From a bacterium (GTDB taxonomy: Bacteria; RBG-13-66-14): a stretch of DNA of 64,000 nucleotides. Positions 17,964-28,317 of the stretch are shown here, one piece after another. The translations under genes were made by a program, and so were the position numbers. The DNA is taken from NCBI GenBank assembly GCA_035528375.1, contig DATKYS010000051.1, positions 4,503 to 68,502 on the forward strand. Direction: 5' to 3'. How positions within the stretch are numbered: position 1 is the stretch's first letter; each line of letters starts with the position of its first letter. The notes under the pieces were generated by a model. It was not told where the DNA came from. It was given only the letters and a program-made list of their open reading frames with translations, and ran no database searches.

Positions 17964-18231
17964 CGGCCTCTCCTTCTCCCTCGGTCCCGGTTTCCTCGTC
18001 CTTCTCCTCATCCTTCTTCGCCTCGGCGCCCCTCTCCAGGCCGTACTTGCGCATGTAGCGCTCGACGCGGCCCGCCGAGTCCACCAGCTTCTGCTTGCCG
18101 GTGTAGAAGGGGTGACAGGCGCTGCACACGTCCACCTTGATCTCCTTCTTGGTGGAGCGCGTTTTGACCTGATTGCCGCAGGCGCAGGTGATGGTCGCGT
18201 CCACGTACTCGGGGTGTATCTTGGGCTTCAT
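17956..18231 (-). CDS. rpmE: 50S ribosomal protein L31 with acidic C-terminal extension
   Basis: [48 protein letters not shown]... carries the zinc-ribbon CxxC...CxxC. The tail is ...[20 protein letters not shown]. Confidence 0.85.
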   Translation of the reverse strand: MKPKIHPEYVDATITCACGNQVKTRSTKKEIKVDVCSACHPFYTGKQKLVDSAGRVERYMRKYGLERGAEAKKDEEKDEETGTEGEGEADA

Positions 18232-18379
18232 GGCTACTCCCGTAAAATGGCCCGGTGGTGCCCCTCCGACCGGTGAACGGTGGCGAACTCCATCGCCGTC
18301 AGTTGGGCTTTCATCGCAACACTCCCCCGGCCGGGGAGCGGTATGTTAATTCAATTCAGGGCCGCCGTCAACGGACCGC

Positions 18380-18910
18380 CTAGGCGCCCGGCGTCGGGCG
18401 GGGCTCCCTGGGGTTGCCCTGGCGGGTGAAGCGGTGGTAGTCCATGTAGGAGGCCGGGTCGGCTTCGTAGTCGTCGCGGCTCTCGTAGAGAAAGGCCACG
18501 TCCTCCTCCACGCTCCAGATGTACTCCTTGCGCTGGAGAAACACACGGGTGGCCTCCTCGGCGATGTAGCAGCGGGCCGGGTCCCGGGGGTTGTCCGGCA
18601 TCCCGGTGAAGACGAGCATGGACTGCCCGCGCCGCAGAATCAATGATTCGCGCCCGACGAGGTTGATGGTGAACTCGTACCCGCCCCCGTTGATGATGAA
18701 GAAACCGGAGACATCCACCGGGAGTTCGGACACGTTCTGCAGCTCGATCCACTCCGAGTTGAACCGGGGCAGCCCCTGGGTGAGGCGGTACTCGCGGTGG
18801 GAGTCGGGGTGGATGGCGGCGATTCTGATACTGGGGCGACGCAAGCTCCGACCTCCGCCTGGTTTCGCGGAGAGGAGAGTGTAGCAGGGCCCGGCGGGTC
18901 TAGTCAACAT
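18380..18910 (-). CDS. Lamin-tail-domain (LTD)-like protein
   Basis: ...IRIAAIHPDSHREYRLTQGLPRFNSEWIELQNVSELPVDVSGFFIINGGGYEFTI... matches the LTD pattern (I.EI..NP......EWIEL.N.S...VDLSGW.L...). Confidence 0.45.
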   Translation of the reverse strand: MLTRPAGPCYTLLSAKPGGGRSLRRPSIRIAAIHPDSHREYRLTQGLPRFNSEWIELQNVSELPVDVSGFFIINGGGYEFTINLVGRESLILRRGQSMLVFTGMPDNPRDPARCYIAEEATRVFLQRKEYIWSVEEDVAFLYESRDDYEADPASYMDYHRFTRQGNPREPRPTPGA

Positions 18911-18973
18911 TCAATCGGGTTGAAAGCGGCCGGGTGCTGTGCTACCATGCCGCAATAATCCAACGAGTGCGCT

Positions 18974-19996
18974 ATGTTCAACCCACCCGCCGCGGCAGCC
19001 TCTTTCGTATACGCCGTGGGCGTCCAGGCGGACCGCCTGCTGGACGGCCTGCGCGGAGGCGTCCGGACCCGGACCCCCGTGGTGAGCGTGGGGAACCTCG
19101 CGGCGGGCGGTTCGGGGAAGACTCCGCTCGTCCACTGGCTCACCCGGCGGCTGGAGGAGCGGGGGCTCGCCGCGGGCGTCGTCGCCCGGGGCTACCGGGG
19201 AAGCTGGGCGCACAGAACGGCCCGACCGGCGCTGGTCCGCGACCTCTCGGTCCAGGAGGCGGGGGACGAGGCGGCGCTCCTGGCGAAAAGGCTCCCGCGC
19301 GCCGAGGTCGCCGTCTGCCGGGTGAAGGCCCGGGCGGCGGAGCTCCTCGACCCGCTGAACCTGGACCTGATTCTGGTGGACGACGGCCTGCAGCACCGGC
19401 GGTTGGCGCGGGACTACGACATCGCGGTGTTGGAGCGCGGCGACTGGCTCGGTTACGTCGAGCGCGGCACGCGTCTGGTCCCCTGGGGAAGGATGCGGGA
19501 ACCCTTCGTGCGCCTGGAGCGCGTGGACGCCGTGGTCTTCTGGGACGCGTCGGAGGAGGAGGCCCGGCGGTTGAGCCTTCGTTTCCCCGCCCCGTTGATG
19601 CTGCGCGCCCGGCGGGAGCCCGTGGAGCTCGCCCCGGACGGCGGAGAACTTCCACCGGGCGGGTTGAGTGGGAGAAGGGTGATCGCCTTCTGCGGCGTCG
19701 CCCGGCCGACGGTCTTCTTCGACGACTTGAGGGCGTTGGGGGTGGAGCTGGTGGAGACGCGGGCCTTTCCCGACCACGCCCGCTACGACGCCCGGCGTTT
19801 CGGCGAGCTGCGCCGCCTGATGGATGCCCACCCCGGCGACCTTCCCGTCACCACCGCCAAGGACGCGGTGAAAATACCCTCCGGGGCGCTCGACGGCCTG
19901 CGGGTCCTGGACCGGCGCGTGGTCTTCGCCGGGGAGGACGGCGCGAGGCTTTTGGGGGAAGTCGGCGCGGTCGCGCGGAGGTGCGGACGTGGCTGA
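18974..19996 (+). CDS. lpxK: Tetraacyldisaccharide 4'-kinase
   Basis: P-loop VVSVGNLAAGGSGKTPLVHWL and the LILVDDGLQH motif. Confidence 0.85.
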   Translation: MFNPPAAAASFVYAVGVQADRLLDGLRGGVRTRTPVVSVGNLAAGGSGKTPLVHWLTRRLEERGLAAGVVARGYRGSWAHRTARPALVRDLSVQEAGDEAALLAKRLPRAEVAVCRVKARAAELLDPLNLDLILVDDGLQHRRLARDYDIAVLERGDWLGYVERGTRLVPWGRMREPFVRLERVDAVVFWDASEEEARRLSLRFPAPLMLRARREPVELAPDGGELPPGGLSGRRVIAFCGVARPTVFFDDLRALGVELVETRAFPDHARYDARRFGELRRLMDAHPGDLPVTTAKDAVKIPSGALDGLRVLDRRVVFAGEDGARLLGEVGAVARRCGRG

Positions 19997-20915
19997 GGAA
20001 GACTACAGGCCCACCCTGGGGCACCGGCTCCAGTACGCCCTGGTCTGGCTGATTTTTCTTCTGGCCAACCTGAGCCCGCGCGCCCTGGCCCGGTTCAACG
20101 CCTGGCTTTTGGGCAATTTTTTATTCCTGGTCCTCGGTCGGCGCCGGCGGATCGCCAAGGGAAACCTCCGCGATCGGCTGGGGCTGGACCGGCGCGCGGC
20201 GGCCCAAACCGCCCGCCGGAATTTCTGCCGCACCGCCCAGAATTTCGTGGACTTCATGCGCCTGCCCTACTTCACCAAAAAACGGCGGCACAGGTGGATG
20301 ACCGTGGAGGGGATGGAGCACCTGCACGGGGCGCTGAAGGCGAAGGGGGGAGTCATCCTGGCGTCGGCCCACACCGGGCCCTGGGAGCTGACCTCGGCCT
20401 ACCTCTCGGCGGAGGCGGCCCCCGGCGCGGCCCTGGCCACCCGCCAGCACAACCGGCTCGTGGACGTTTTCTTGAACAAGCTGCGCGCCAAGGCCGGCCT
20501 CGACGTCATCTTCGTGGACGAGGAGCTCCGGCCGGTGGTCCGCGCCCTCAAAAAAAACCGCATCCTCTACATCCTGGCGGACCAGGACGCCGGTCCCGCG
20601 GGCGAGTTCGTGGAGTTCCTCGGCGCCCCGGCCAGCTTCCACCGCGGGCCGGCCTTCTTCGCCTACAAGCTGGGCGCCCCGGTCTGTTTCGGCTTCGCCC
20701 GCCGGGGCAAAAACGGCCACCTCCACGCGGAGATTTTCCCCGCCCTCCGCGCCGACCGCTCCGCCGACGAGGCGGCCGAGGTCCGCCGGCTCACGGTCGG
20801 GTACGCCCGCGCCCTGGAGGACTGGGTCCGGCGCTATCCCGCCGATTGGTACTGGCTGCACCGGCGATGGAAAACTAAGTCCCTTGTAAAAGACGGTCGA
20901 ACGGCGTTAGAATAG
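19989..20915 (+). CDS. Lipid A biosynthesis (Kdo2-lipid IVA) acyltransferase, LpxL/HtrB family
   Basis: N-terminal TM region, HX4D-type acyltransferase region (ASAHTGPWEL), and LpxL-family colinearity. It overlaps lpxK by 8 nt. Confidence 0.7.
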   Translation: MAEEDYRPTLGHRLQYALVWLIFLLANLSPRALARFNAWLLGNFLFLVLGRRRRIAKGNLRDRLGLDRRAAAQTARRNFCRTAQNFVDFMRLPYFTKKRRHRWMTVEGMEHLHGALKAKGGVILASAHTGPWELTSAYLSAEAAPGAALATRQHNRLVDVFLNKLRAKAGLDVIFVDEELRPVVRALKKNRILYILADQDAGPAGEFVEFLGAPASFHRGPAFFAYKLGAPVCFGFARRGKNGHLHAEIFPALRADRSADEAAEVRRLTVGYARALEDWVRRYPADWYWLHRRWKTKSLVKDGRTALE

Positions 20916-20971
20916 CCCCCAACATTTCAAGCGGGAAAACCTAAACAAACACGGGAACCGGGATCGGCGTC

Positions 20972-21445
20972 ATGAACCTCTCCGATGCGATTGAAAAGAA
21001 GGCCGTCCTCCTCGAGCTCAAGGCCGAGACCAAGGACGAGCTCCTCAAGACCCTGACCCATGCGGTCGGCCGCTCCGGCCGCGTGAAGGATTCCGCCGCC
21101 GCCCGCGAGGCCATCCTCGAGCGCGAGGAGCTTTCCTCCACCGGGATGGGCTACGGCGTGGCCATGCCCCACGCCCGGGTCAAATCGGTCACCTTCCCCG
21201 TCCTGGGCTTCGCCCGCCTCGTCAAGGGCGTGGACTACGGCTCGGTGGACGGAGAGCCGGTCCGGCTCGTCTTCCTCCTCCTCACACCCTCCACCAACCC
21301 CGAGCTCAACGTCCAGCTCCTGGGCAAGCTCTCCCGCATCTGTCAGCAGGAGGACAACCGCCGCCGGCTCCTGGACCTCGAGAAGATTGGCGATTTCCTC
21401 ACCTTCATCCGGGAGATGGACGCGATGAACGGCATACCCGGTTAA
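20972..21445 (+). CDS. ptsN: PTS EIIA(Ntr)-type regulatory protein (PtsN family)
   Basis: 157 aa with the EIIA type-2 active-site region GMGYGVAMPHARV. Confidence 0.75.
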   Translation: MNLSDAIEKKAVLLELKAETKDELLKTLTHAVGRSGRVKDSAAAREAILEREELSSTGMGYGVAMPHARVKSVTFPVLGFARLVKGVDYGSVDGEPVRLVFLLLTPSTNPELNVQLLGKLSRICQQEDNRRRLLDLEKIGDFLTFIREMDAMNGIPG

Positions 21446-21624
21446 CATGCCCCGCCCTCGTCAATCGCAGCCGTCCCCCGGCGCCGGGACGCCCGATGGT
21501 CGCGGCGTCATGAGCCGTAATTGCGCCCGAAGGGATAACTGCGACCGAAGGTAATCCCGCCGGTCCGGGGCTTGAGGAGCCTACAGACCCTTTCGAATAA
21601 ACGTCGTCAGTTCAAGGAGTTGCG

Positions 21625-22092
21625 ATGCCCTCCCGACAAGTGCGCGACTTCATGGTCACCGACGTCATCACCTGCCGCCGCGGTGACAAGCTGCGCGAGG
21701 TCGCCGCCCTCTTCGCCGCCAGCACCATCTCCGGCGTGCCGGTGGTGAACCGCGAGGGGAAGCTCTGCGGCGTCATCACCAAGCTCAACCTCCTGGGCTA
21801 TTTCCTCCCCGAGTACCTGGAGCTCTTCGCCGACATAGACTTCATCCAGGATTTCTCCACCCTCCAGTCGTGCAACCTGGACGTCCTCGACGCGGACCTC
21901 CTGCTGGCCGAGGACGTGATGAACTACGAGCCGCTGAAGGTGGGCCCGGAGACGACGCTCCTGAAGTGCGCGGCGCTCCTGCACAAGCACCGGGCCGACA
22001 TCCTCTGCGTGGTGGACGACGGGGGGAAGCTCCTGGGGGTCATCACCGCCACGGACATCGCCCGGGCCTTCTTCGGGAAGTACACCGGGTAG
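21625..22092 (+). CDS. CBS-domain pair protein
   Basis: Two CBS motifs (DFMVTDVITC...GVPVVNREGKLCGVIT and EDVMNYEPLKV...CVVDDGGKLLGVITATD). Confidence 0.8.
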   Translation: MPSRQVRDFMVTDVITCRRGDKLREVAALFAASTISGVPVVNREGKLCGVITKLNLLGYFLPEYLELFADIDFIQDFSTLQSCNLDVLDADLLLAEDVMNYEPLKVGPETTLLKCAALLHKHRADILCVVDDGGKLLGVITATDIARAFFGKYTG

Positions 22093-22148
22093 CGGGTCGG
22101 GACGACCGGGAACGGCCGACGGACGACCCACGCCCTACTCTTTTCATT

Positions 22149-23432
22149 ATGGAATCTTACGAGCCCATCTTCGCCATCGCACTCTTCGTGGCGGCCTTCG
22201 CCCTGATCATCTCGGAGAAGGTCCACCGGACGAAGGTCGTCGCCCTGGGCGCAGCCCTGCTCCTGGTGACCGGGATCGTCCCCCTGGGGGACGCCTGGCG
22301 GGAGTACATAGACTTCAACACCCTGGGCCTGCTGTTCGGGATGATGCTCATCGTGAACATCACGAAGCGCACCGGGGTGTTCGAGTTCGTCGCCCTGAGG
22401 ATAGCCCGTTGGAGCGGCGGCAACTACCTGAAGGTCATGGTCGGGTTCTCCATCATCACCGCCGTCTTCTCCGCATTCCTGGACAACGTGACGACGGTCC
22501 TGTTGATCGCCCCGATCACCCTCTACATCGCGGACCTGTTGGGCAAGAGCCCGCGGCCGCTTTTAATCGCCGAGATACTGGCCTCCAACATCGGCGGCAC
22601 GGCCACCCTCATCGGCGACCCGCCCAACATCCTCATCGGCTCGGCCGCGGGGAAGGGCTTCGCGGAATTCGTGACCAACCTGGGCCCCGTTATAGTCGTA
22701 GTACTCGCGGTCATCATCCTCTACAACCGTTTCGCCTTCCGCCGGCAATTCGCCGGGGTGAGCGACGGGCACCGGATCTCCAGCTACGACGAGAAGAAGG
22801 CCATCCACGACAAGCCGCTCTTGATCAAGTGCCTGGTGGTCCTGGGGCTGACCATCGTGGCCTTCATGGTCCACGACCTCTTCGGGCTCCCCCCGGCGGT
22901 GGTGGCGCTTGTCTCGGCGGCCGTGCTCGCCTTCATCACGAAGCCGCCGGTCGAGGAGCTGCTGCGCGAGATAGAGTGGCCCACCCTCGTCTTCTTCGCC
23001 GGTCTTTTTGTCCTGGTGGGGGGACTGAAGGCCACCGGCGTCACCACCGCGCTCGCCGGCCTCATCGCCGGTTCAACCTCGAGCGTCCTGGTCCTCAGCC
23101 TCATCATCCTCTGGGGCAGCGCGTTTCTTTCGGCCTTCCTGGACAACATCCCCTTCGTGGCCGCGATGATTCCGCTCCTGCAGGGCACCATCGCCCAACT
23201 GGGGCTGACCCAGGTCCAGGCCGACCCGCTCTGGTGGGCGCTGGCGTTGGGGGCCTGTCTGGGCGGCAACGGCACTCTGGTCGGCGCCAGCGCCAACGTC
23301 ATCGTCGGCGGCATCAGCGAGAGGACCAAGGACCCCATCACCTTCCGCAGCTACCTGAAGGTCGGCCTGCCGGCCATGCTCATATCCATGGTCATCTGCT
23401 CGTTCTACATCTACCTGAGGTACTTCTCCTAG
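22149..23432 (+). CDS. ArsB/NhaD-superfamily (CitMHS-like) anion/ion transporter, paralog 1
   Basis: Polytopic membrane protein with the repeated signature GGTATLIGDPPNILIG and a second half ...LGGNGTLVGASANV.... The true start is ATG at 22149, in frame with the longer track ORF. Confidence 0.8.
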   Translation: MESYEPIFAIALFVAAFALIISEKVHRTKVVALGAALLLVTGIVPLGDAWREYIDFNTLGLLFGMMLIVNITKRTGVFEFVALRIARWSGGNYLKVMVGFSIITAVFSAFLDNVTTVLLIAPITLYIADLLGKSPRPLLIAEILASNIGGTATLIGDPPNILIGSAAGKGFAEFVTNLGPVIVVVLAVIILYNRFAFRRQFAGVSDGHRISSYDEKKAIHDKPLLIKCLVVLGLTIVAFMVHDLFGLPPAVVALVSAAVLAFITKPPVEELLREIEWPTLVFFAGLFVLVGGLKATGVTTALAGLIAGSTSSVLVLSLIILWGSAFLSAFLDNIPFVAAMIPLLQGTIAQLGLTQVQADPLWWALALGACLGGNGTLVGASANVIVGGISERTKDPITFRSYLKVGLPAMLISMVICSFYIYLRYFS

Positions 23433-24722
23433 ATGTGGGGTTTCCCGACCATTGCGACCCTGGCCGTCCTGGCCTTCGTCTACTTCTGCGTCGTCACGGA
23501 GAAGCTCGACAAGGCGAAGGCGGCCTTTTTCGGCGGCGTGCTTTTAATCGCCGCCGGGGTGACGTCTCTCGAGGAGGCCTGGCGGTACTTCATAGACTTC
23601 GAGACCATCGGCCTGTTGGTCGGGATGATGCTCATCGCCGGGGTCATCGGTCAGACCGGGGTCTTCCAGTTCGTCGCTCTGCGGGCGGTGCGTCTGACCC
23701 GGGGGCGCTACGGCCTCCTGCTGGTGGCGCTGTCGGTCATCACCGCCGTCGCCAGCGCCTTTCTGGACAACGTCACCACCATCCTGTTGCTCGGCCCCGT
23801 GGCCGTATTCGCCGCCGACGCCCTGCACCACAAGCCCTACCTGTTGTTGATCGCGCTGACGCTGGCGGCCAACATCGGCGGCACCGCCACCCTCATCGGC
23901 GACCCGCCCAACATGCTCATCGGCTCGGCCGCCGGGTTGGGCTTCCACAACTTCGTCGTAAACACCGGCCCGCCCTCCGTCCTGGCGCTGGCCGTAAGCC
24001 TCGGCTACCTCTTCGTCGCCCGGCGCGAGGAATTGAGGCCCACGGGCCGAACCATCAGCGCCGATTCCTTCGACGAAACCAAGTACATCCAGGACCGACC
24101 GACCCTCGCGGTGAGCCTGATCGTCCTGGGCCTGGTGCTGACGGGGTTCGTGGTGCTGCCCTCCTTCGGCGCCACTCCGGCCGCGGTGGCCCTGGTCGGC
24201 GCCGGGGTGCTGATGCTGGTCAACCGATCGAAGCCCAAGGAGCTGTTGGGCCACATCGAGTGGCCGTTGATATTTTTCTTCCTGGGGCTCTTCGTCATCA
24301 CCGGCGCCCTGGAAAAAGTGGGGCTCATCGTCGTGGTGGGGCGCTTCTTCGCCTCGCTGACCCCGAACCCATTCTGGTTCTGCATCGCGATTCTCTGGGT
24401 CTCCTCCTTCGGCGCGGCCTTCCTCTCCGCGGTGCCCTTCATCACGGTCATGATTCCCATCACGGCCGCGGCCATCGCGCATCTGGGCCTGGGGCCCGCG
24501 GCGGCGGAGCCCGTCTGGTGGGCCCTCTCCCTGGGCGCCTGCATCGGCGGCAACGGCACGCTCATCGGCTCCGCCTGCAACATGGCCATGAGCGCCATCT
24601 CCGAGCGGACGCCGGAGCCCATAAACTTCAGGAGCTACTTCCGTCTGGGCTTCCCGGCGATGGTCCTGGCCCAGGTCGTCTCCAGCCTCTACATCTACCT
24701 GCGCTACTTCGCGTTCAATTAA
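23433..24722 (+). CDS. ArsB/NhaD-superfamily transporter, paralog 2 (tandem)
   Basis: It starts at the nucleotide after the paralog-1 stop (TAGATG) and repeats the same GGTATLIGDPPNMLIG and LGGNGTLIGSACNM motifs. Confidence 0.8.
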   Translation: MWGFPTIATLAVLAFVYFCVVTEKLDKAKAAFFGGVLLIAAGVTSLEEAWRYFIDFETIGLLVGMMLIAGVIGQTGVFQFVALRAVRLTRGRYGLLLVALSVITAVASAFLDNVTTILLLGPVAVFAADALHHKPYLLLIALTLAANIGGTATLIGDPPNMLIGSAAGLGFHNFVVNTGPPSVLALAVSLGYLFVARREELRPTGRTISADSFDETKYIQDRPTLAVSLIVLGLVLTGFVVLPSFGATPAAVALVGAGVLMLVNRSKPKELLGHIEWPLIFFFLGLFVITGALEKVGLIVVVGRFFASLTPNPFWFCIAILWVSSFGAAFLSAVPFITVMIPITAAAIAHLGLGPAAAEPVWWALSLGACIGGNGTLIGSACNMAMSAISERTPEPINFRSYFRLGFPAMVLAQVVSSLYIYLRYFAFN

Positions 24723-24752
24723 AAAAACGGGGGCCGCGGCCCCCGTCTTTAC
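24721..24752. terminator. Bidirectional rho-independent terminator between convergent genes
   Basis: aaaaaaaCGGGGGCCGCGGCCCCCGtcttta. The stem is perfect. A T-run follows it on the minus strand and an A-rich or weak T-run on the plus strand. Confidence 0.6.
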
Positions 24753-24764
24753 GTCCGTATCGAG

Positions 24765-25424
24765 CTACCGGCCCGCCGTCCACGCGGCTCCGTTGCCGTA
24801 GTAGACGACGTACCACCAGTCGTAATCATCGCCATCGCCGTCGGCATCAATGGCTATGGCGCCCCAGGCGTAATCATCGCCACGGTCCTCGTAGAAGTAG
24901 ACTAAGAACATGTTGTCCGCGTCATCAAAGTCGTCGTACCAGTCGGTGCGCACCTCGGCCGCCCAGTTGAAGTCCTCAGGGTCTACTCCGCAGTCGTCCC
25001 AGAACGAGTCCGTCTCGTACAGGGCGAACTGCATCATCTCTTCGAGCTTGTCGTTGGAGTACGATGCAATCTCGTCAATTTCGCCCCCCTGATCGCCGTA
25101 GTCGTCTCCGTTGCAGTCGCCGTCAGAATCAACTAAGACGCTGTAGGCCGCGTCGTCGGCGTTCTGGAAGAATACAACCCAGTAAGAATCAGCCTGGGGC
25201 CGGCCCAGCATGCACTTGTCGTCGGCCCAGACGCACTGGTACAGGAAAACATGGGCGGCCGATTCCCAACTTCCCCAATGGTCCTCAGCCCAGGATTTCG
25301 CCTTGTCCAGCGCCCAGTCGAAGGCGTACTGCGTCAATCCATCACCATCTCCATCGGTAGTCGTGGTGCAGGAGAAGAGTAGCGCCGAGGCCAGGACCAG
25401 CGTCAGAATCACTATCTTCCTCAT
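24765..25424 (-). CDS. Acidic Asp/Trp/Tyr-rich putative lipoprotein
   Basis: Lipobox MRKIVILTLVLASALLFSC. Extremely D/W/Y-rich (DGDGDG, DADGDGDDYDWWYVVYYGNG). Confidence 0.55.
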   Translation of the reverse strand: MRKIVILTLVLASALLFSCTTTTDGDGDGLTQYAFDWALDKAKSWAEDHWGSWESAAHVFLYQCVWADDKCMLGRPQADSYWVVFFQNADDAAYSVLVDSDGDCNGDDYGDQGGEIDEIASYSNDKLEEMMQFALYETDSFWDDCGVDPEDFNWAAEVRTDWYDDFDDADNMFLVYFYEDRGDDYAWGAIAIDADGDGDDYDWWYVVYYGNGAAWTAGR

Positions 25425-25499
25425 GTTTCGGCTCCTTTCAGGTGACGAGTATCAGGTTACCTCGACCAATTGAATCATGCTACCAAATTTGCGGTCGCC

Positions 25500-25860
25500 G
25501 GGCAACAAAAAAGGTGTCGCGCAGACGCCGCCCGGTTCCCGGTCCGGGTTGCGCTGACGTAGGGCAGGGATTTTAATCCCCACCGCGGTTTCTACGTTCC
25601 CAAACTTCACCCTCACCCTAACCCGTGCCTCGTATTCGCGATGATGTAGGGGCGGGTCTTTAGACCAGCCCGCGGGCCGACCTGAACGGCGCGCCGTCGG
25701 TCGGCCCCTACGTTTGGTAAATGAGGAAACGGGCGACCGTGGACGGTCGCCCCTACGGGACGGATTCGCGGTTGGACGTAGGGGCGGGTGTCCACACCCG
25801 CCCGCTCCCCCCTCCCCGGTCCGTAAGCGCGCTTCCCCCAGAGGGGGGAGGGAGTGGACA
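25500..25860. repeat. REP-like palindromic element cluster
   Basis: gtagggcagggattttaatccccacc, gtaggggcgggtctttagaccagcccgcgggccgacctgaacggcgcgccgtcggtcggcccctac, ggcgaccgtggacggtcgcccctac, gtaggggcgggtgtccacacccgccc and cccccagaggggggaggg. Confidence 0.8.
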
Positions 25861-25863
25861 CAT

Positions 25864-28254
25864 TCACAGCCAGAGAGAACCGACGAGCCGGGTGAGCCCC
25901 GCCGCGAGCCAGGCCAGTACGGTGAGGTACGCCGCGGTGAAGGCCACCCAGCGCCACTTCCCGGTCTCCCGTCTTATCACCGCCAACACCGCCACGCAGG
26001 GTACATAAACCAGGACGAAGACCATGAGTGAAAGGGCGACCAGCCAGCCTCCGCCGCCGGTGCGGGCGTCCCATTCCTCCTTCAGGCGTCCCTGCAGCGG
26101 GGCGGTTCCCGCATCGCCCCCGCTCTCGGAGTAGAGCACGCCGAAGGTCCCCACGACGACCTCCTTGGCGGCGAAACCGGCGACGAGTGCTGACGATACC
26201 TTCCAGTCGAAACCCAGCGGTTCCATCACCACCGAAACGCCGCGGCCGATGACGCCCAGCGGGGTGTGGTAGAGCCTTTCGGCCTCACGGTCGGCCTCGA
26301 TTCCGGCCAGCCGCGAGCGGTGGGCATCCCGTGCGGCGAGAAGTTTTCCCGCGGCGTCGAGGAGGGAGTCCGCCCCCGTGGCGGTCGGCATGACCGCAGT
26401 TCCCAGGCCGGGCAGGCGCGGCGCCGATTCCAGCGCCTCCAGACGGTGTACCGCCGCCATCAGCGGCGCATCGTTCTCCAACTCCGGCAGGAAGCCGTCG
26501 CCGGTCGCGGCGGAGCCCTCCGCCGGTCCGAGACCGAGCGACGCGGCCACCGCGGTCTGCTCCTCGACGTACTCCGCGTCCGCCCCCGCGATCGAGCCAT
26601 CGAACTTTCCGCCGTCCTCCGGCTCCAAGGGGAAGGCGGTGAGCGCCCAGATGACGATCATGGCCAAAAGAATCACCGTCCCCGCCTTGCGGATGTACAT
26701 CCAGGCCCGGTTCCAGGCGTGCAGGAGCACCGCCTTCACCGTGGGCGCGTGGTACGGCGGGAGCTCCATGACGAAGGGGACCTGCTCCCCCTTGAGGACG
26801 GTGGAGCGCAGAACCTTGGCGGCGACGACCGCCAGGACGATGCCCAGGGCGTAAACGGCGAATATTACGGTCCCCGCGTAGCGCGCCGGGAAGAAGGCCC
26901 CGGCCAAAAGGATGTACACCGGTAGCCGCGCGCCGCAACTCATCAGAGGCACCGTCAGAATCGTCACCAGCCGGTCCCGGGGGTTCTCCAGCGTCCGGGC
27001 CGCCATCACCGCCGGCACCGTGCAGCCGAAACCGATGACCATGGGGATGAAGCTCTTGCCGTGCAGCCCCAGCCGGTGCATGAGCCGGTCCATGACGAAG
27101 GCGCCCCGGGCCATGTACCCCGAATCCTCCAACAGCGAAATCATCACGAACAGCAGGAGGATGTTGGGCACGAAGACCAGCACCCCGCCCACGCCGCCGA
27201 TGATCCCGTCCGCCACCAGGGACCGGACGAGCCCCGCCGGGATGAGCGTGTTCGCCAGGCCTCCCAGCCAGCCGAACAGCCCGCCGATGACGCCCATCAG
27301 CGGCTCGCCCAGCCGGAATGTGACCTCGAAGGTGAGCCAGAGGACGACGGCGAAGATGGGCAGGCCCCAGATGCGGTGGGTGAGGACGTGGTCTATCTTC
27401 TCCGCCGTTTTGACGCGCCCCTCGACGTTGCGGGTCAAGGTCTCGCGGATGGCCCCGGCGGCGAATCCGTAGGCCGCCTCGACGAAGTGGTCCTCGGGAT
27501 CGTGGCCCAGGAGGCTCCGCAGGCGCTCCCGGGATTCCTCCACCAGCTTCGCCAGCGGTTTGCCCGCTTCACCGAGACGAGCCAGTCGGCTTTGGTACTC
27601 GGCGTCGGACTCCAGGAGCTTGACCGCCTGCCAGCGCGGCGGCCCGCCCAGGAAGGCCTCGGGGTGCTCCTGGAGAAATCCCTCGACCCGGGCGATCTCC
27701 CGTTCCAGGTCCCGCCCGTAGTGGACGTGGACCTCCTTGCGCGGCTCGTCGGAGGTGAACACCCGGACCACCGCCGCGAGGAGCTCGTCCAGGCCGCGCC
27801 TCTTCACGGCGACGACACCGACTACCGGGCAGCCCAGAAGCTCCGCCAGCGCCGCCGTGTCCAGCGTGTCCCCCCGCGACTCCACCACGTCCATCATGTT
27901 CACCGCCACCACCAGCGGCAGGCCGAGCTCCAGGAGCTGTGTGGTGAGGTAGAGGTTGCGCTCGAGGTTGGAGCCGTCGAGGATGTTAACGATGACGTCG
28001 GGCTCGCCCGAGGTGATGAAATCCCGGGCCACGAGCTGGTCCGGGGTGAGGGGGGAGAGGGAGTAGGTGCCCGGGAGGTCGGTTATTTCGAGGTCGAAGC
28101 CATCGAAGACGCGCCGGCCCATGCGCCGCTCGACGGTCACGCCGGGCCAGTTGCCCACCTGCTGGTGGCCGCCGGTCAGCGAGTTGAAGAGCGCCGTCTT
28201 GCCGCAGTTGGGGTTGCCGGCGATGGCGACCCGGATGGTTCTGCCGTCGGCCAT
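25864..28254 (-). CDS. feoB: Ferrous iron transport protein B
   Basis: N-terminal G-domain (IAGNPNCGKTALFNSLTG, DLPGTYSL) followed by a polytopic membrane domain with tandem gate motifs. Confidence 0.9.
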   Translation of the reverse strand: MADGRTIRVAIAGNPNCGKTALFNSLTGGHQQVGNWPGVTVERRMGRRVFDGFDLEITDLPGTYSLSPLTPDQLVARDFITSGEPDVIVNILDGSNLERNLYLTTQLLELGLPLVVAVNMMDVVESRGDTLDTAALAELLGCPVVGVVAVKRRGLDELLAAVVRVFTSDEPRKEVHVHYGRDLEREIARVEGFLQEHPEAFLGGPPRWQAVKLLESDAEYQSRLARLGEAGKPLAKLVEESRERLRSLLGHDPEDHFVEAAYGFAAGAIRETLTRNVEGRVKTAEKIDHVLTHRIWGLPIFAVVLWLTFEVTFRLGEPLMGVIGGLFGWLGGLANTLIPAGLVRSLVADGIIGGVGGVLVFVPNILLLFVMISLLEDSGYMARGAFVMDRLMHRLGLHGKSFIPMVIGFGCTVPAVMAARTLENPRDRLVTILTVPLMSCGARLPVYILLAGAFFPARYAGTVIFAVYALGIVLAVVAAKVLRSTVLKGEQVPFVMELPPYHAPTVKAVLLHAWNRAWMYIRKAGTVILLAMIVIWALTAFPLEPEDGGKFDGSIAGADAEYVEEQTAVAASLGLGPAEGSAATGDGFLPELENDAPLMAAVHRLEALESAPRLPGLGTAVMPTATGADSLLDAAGKLLAARDAHRSRLAGIEADREAERLYHTPLGVIGRGVSVVMEPLGFDWKVSSALVAGFAAKEVVVGTFGVLYSESGGDAGTAPLQGRLKEEWDARTGGGGWLVALSLMVFVLVYVPCVAVLAVIRRETGKWRWVAFTAAYLTVLAWLAAGLTRLVGSLWL

Positions 28255-28317
28255 GAGTCCCGCGGGAGGAAAAAGGAGAGGCCGATCCCTCCCCCTATCA
28301 GAAAAACGAACGGGCCG

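Noticed and set aside
22409-24970. 853-aa plus-strand ORF and 21870..22148 N-terminal extension over the ArsB/NhaD genes
   Set aside because: It is an alternative frame with Arg/Pro/Gly-rich composition. The membrane-protein frames (22149..23432, 23433..24722) are unambiguous.
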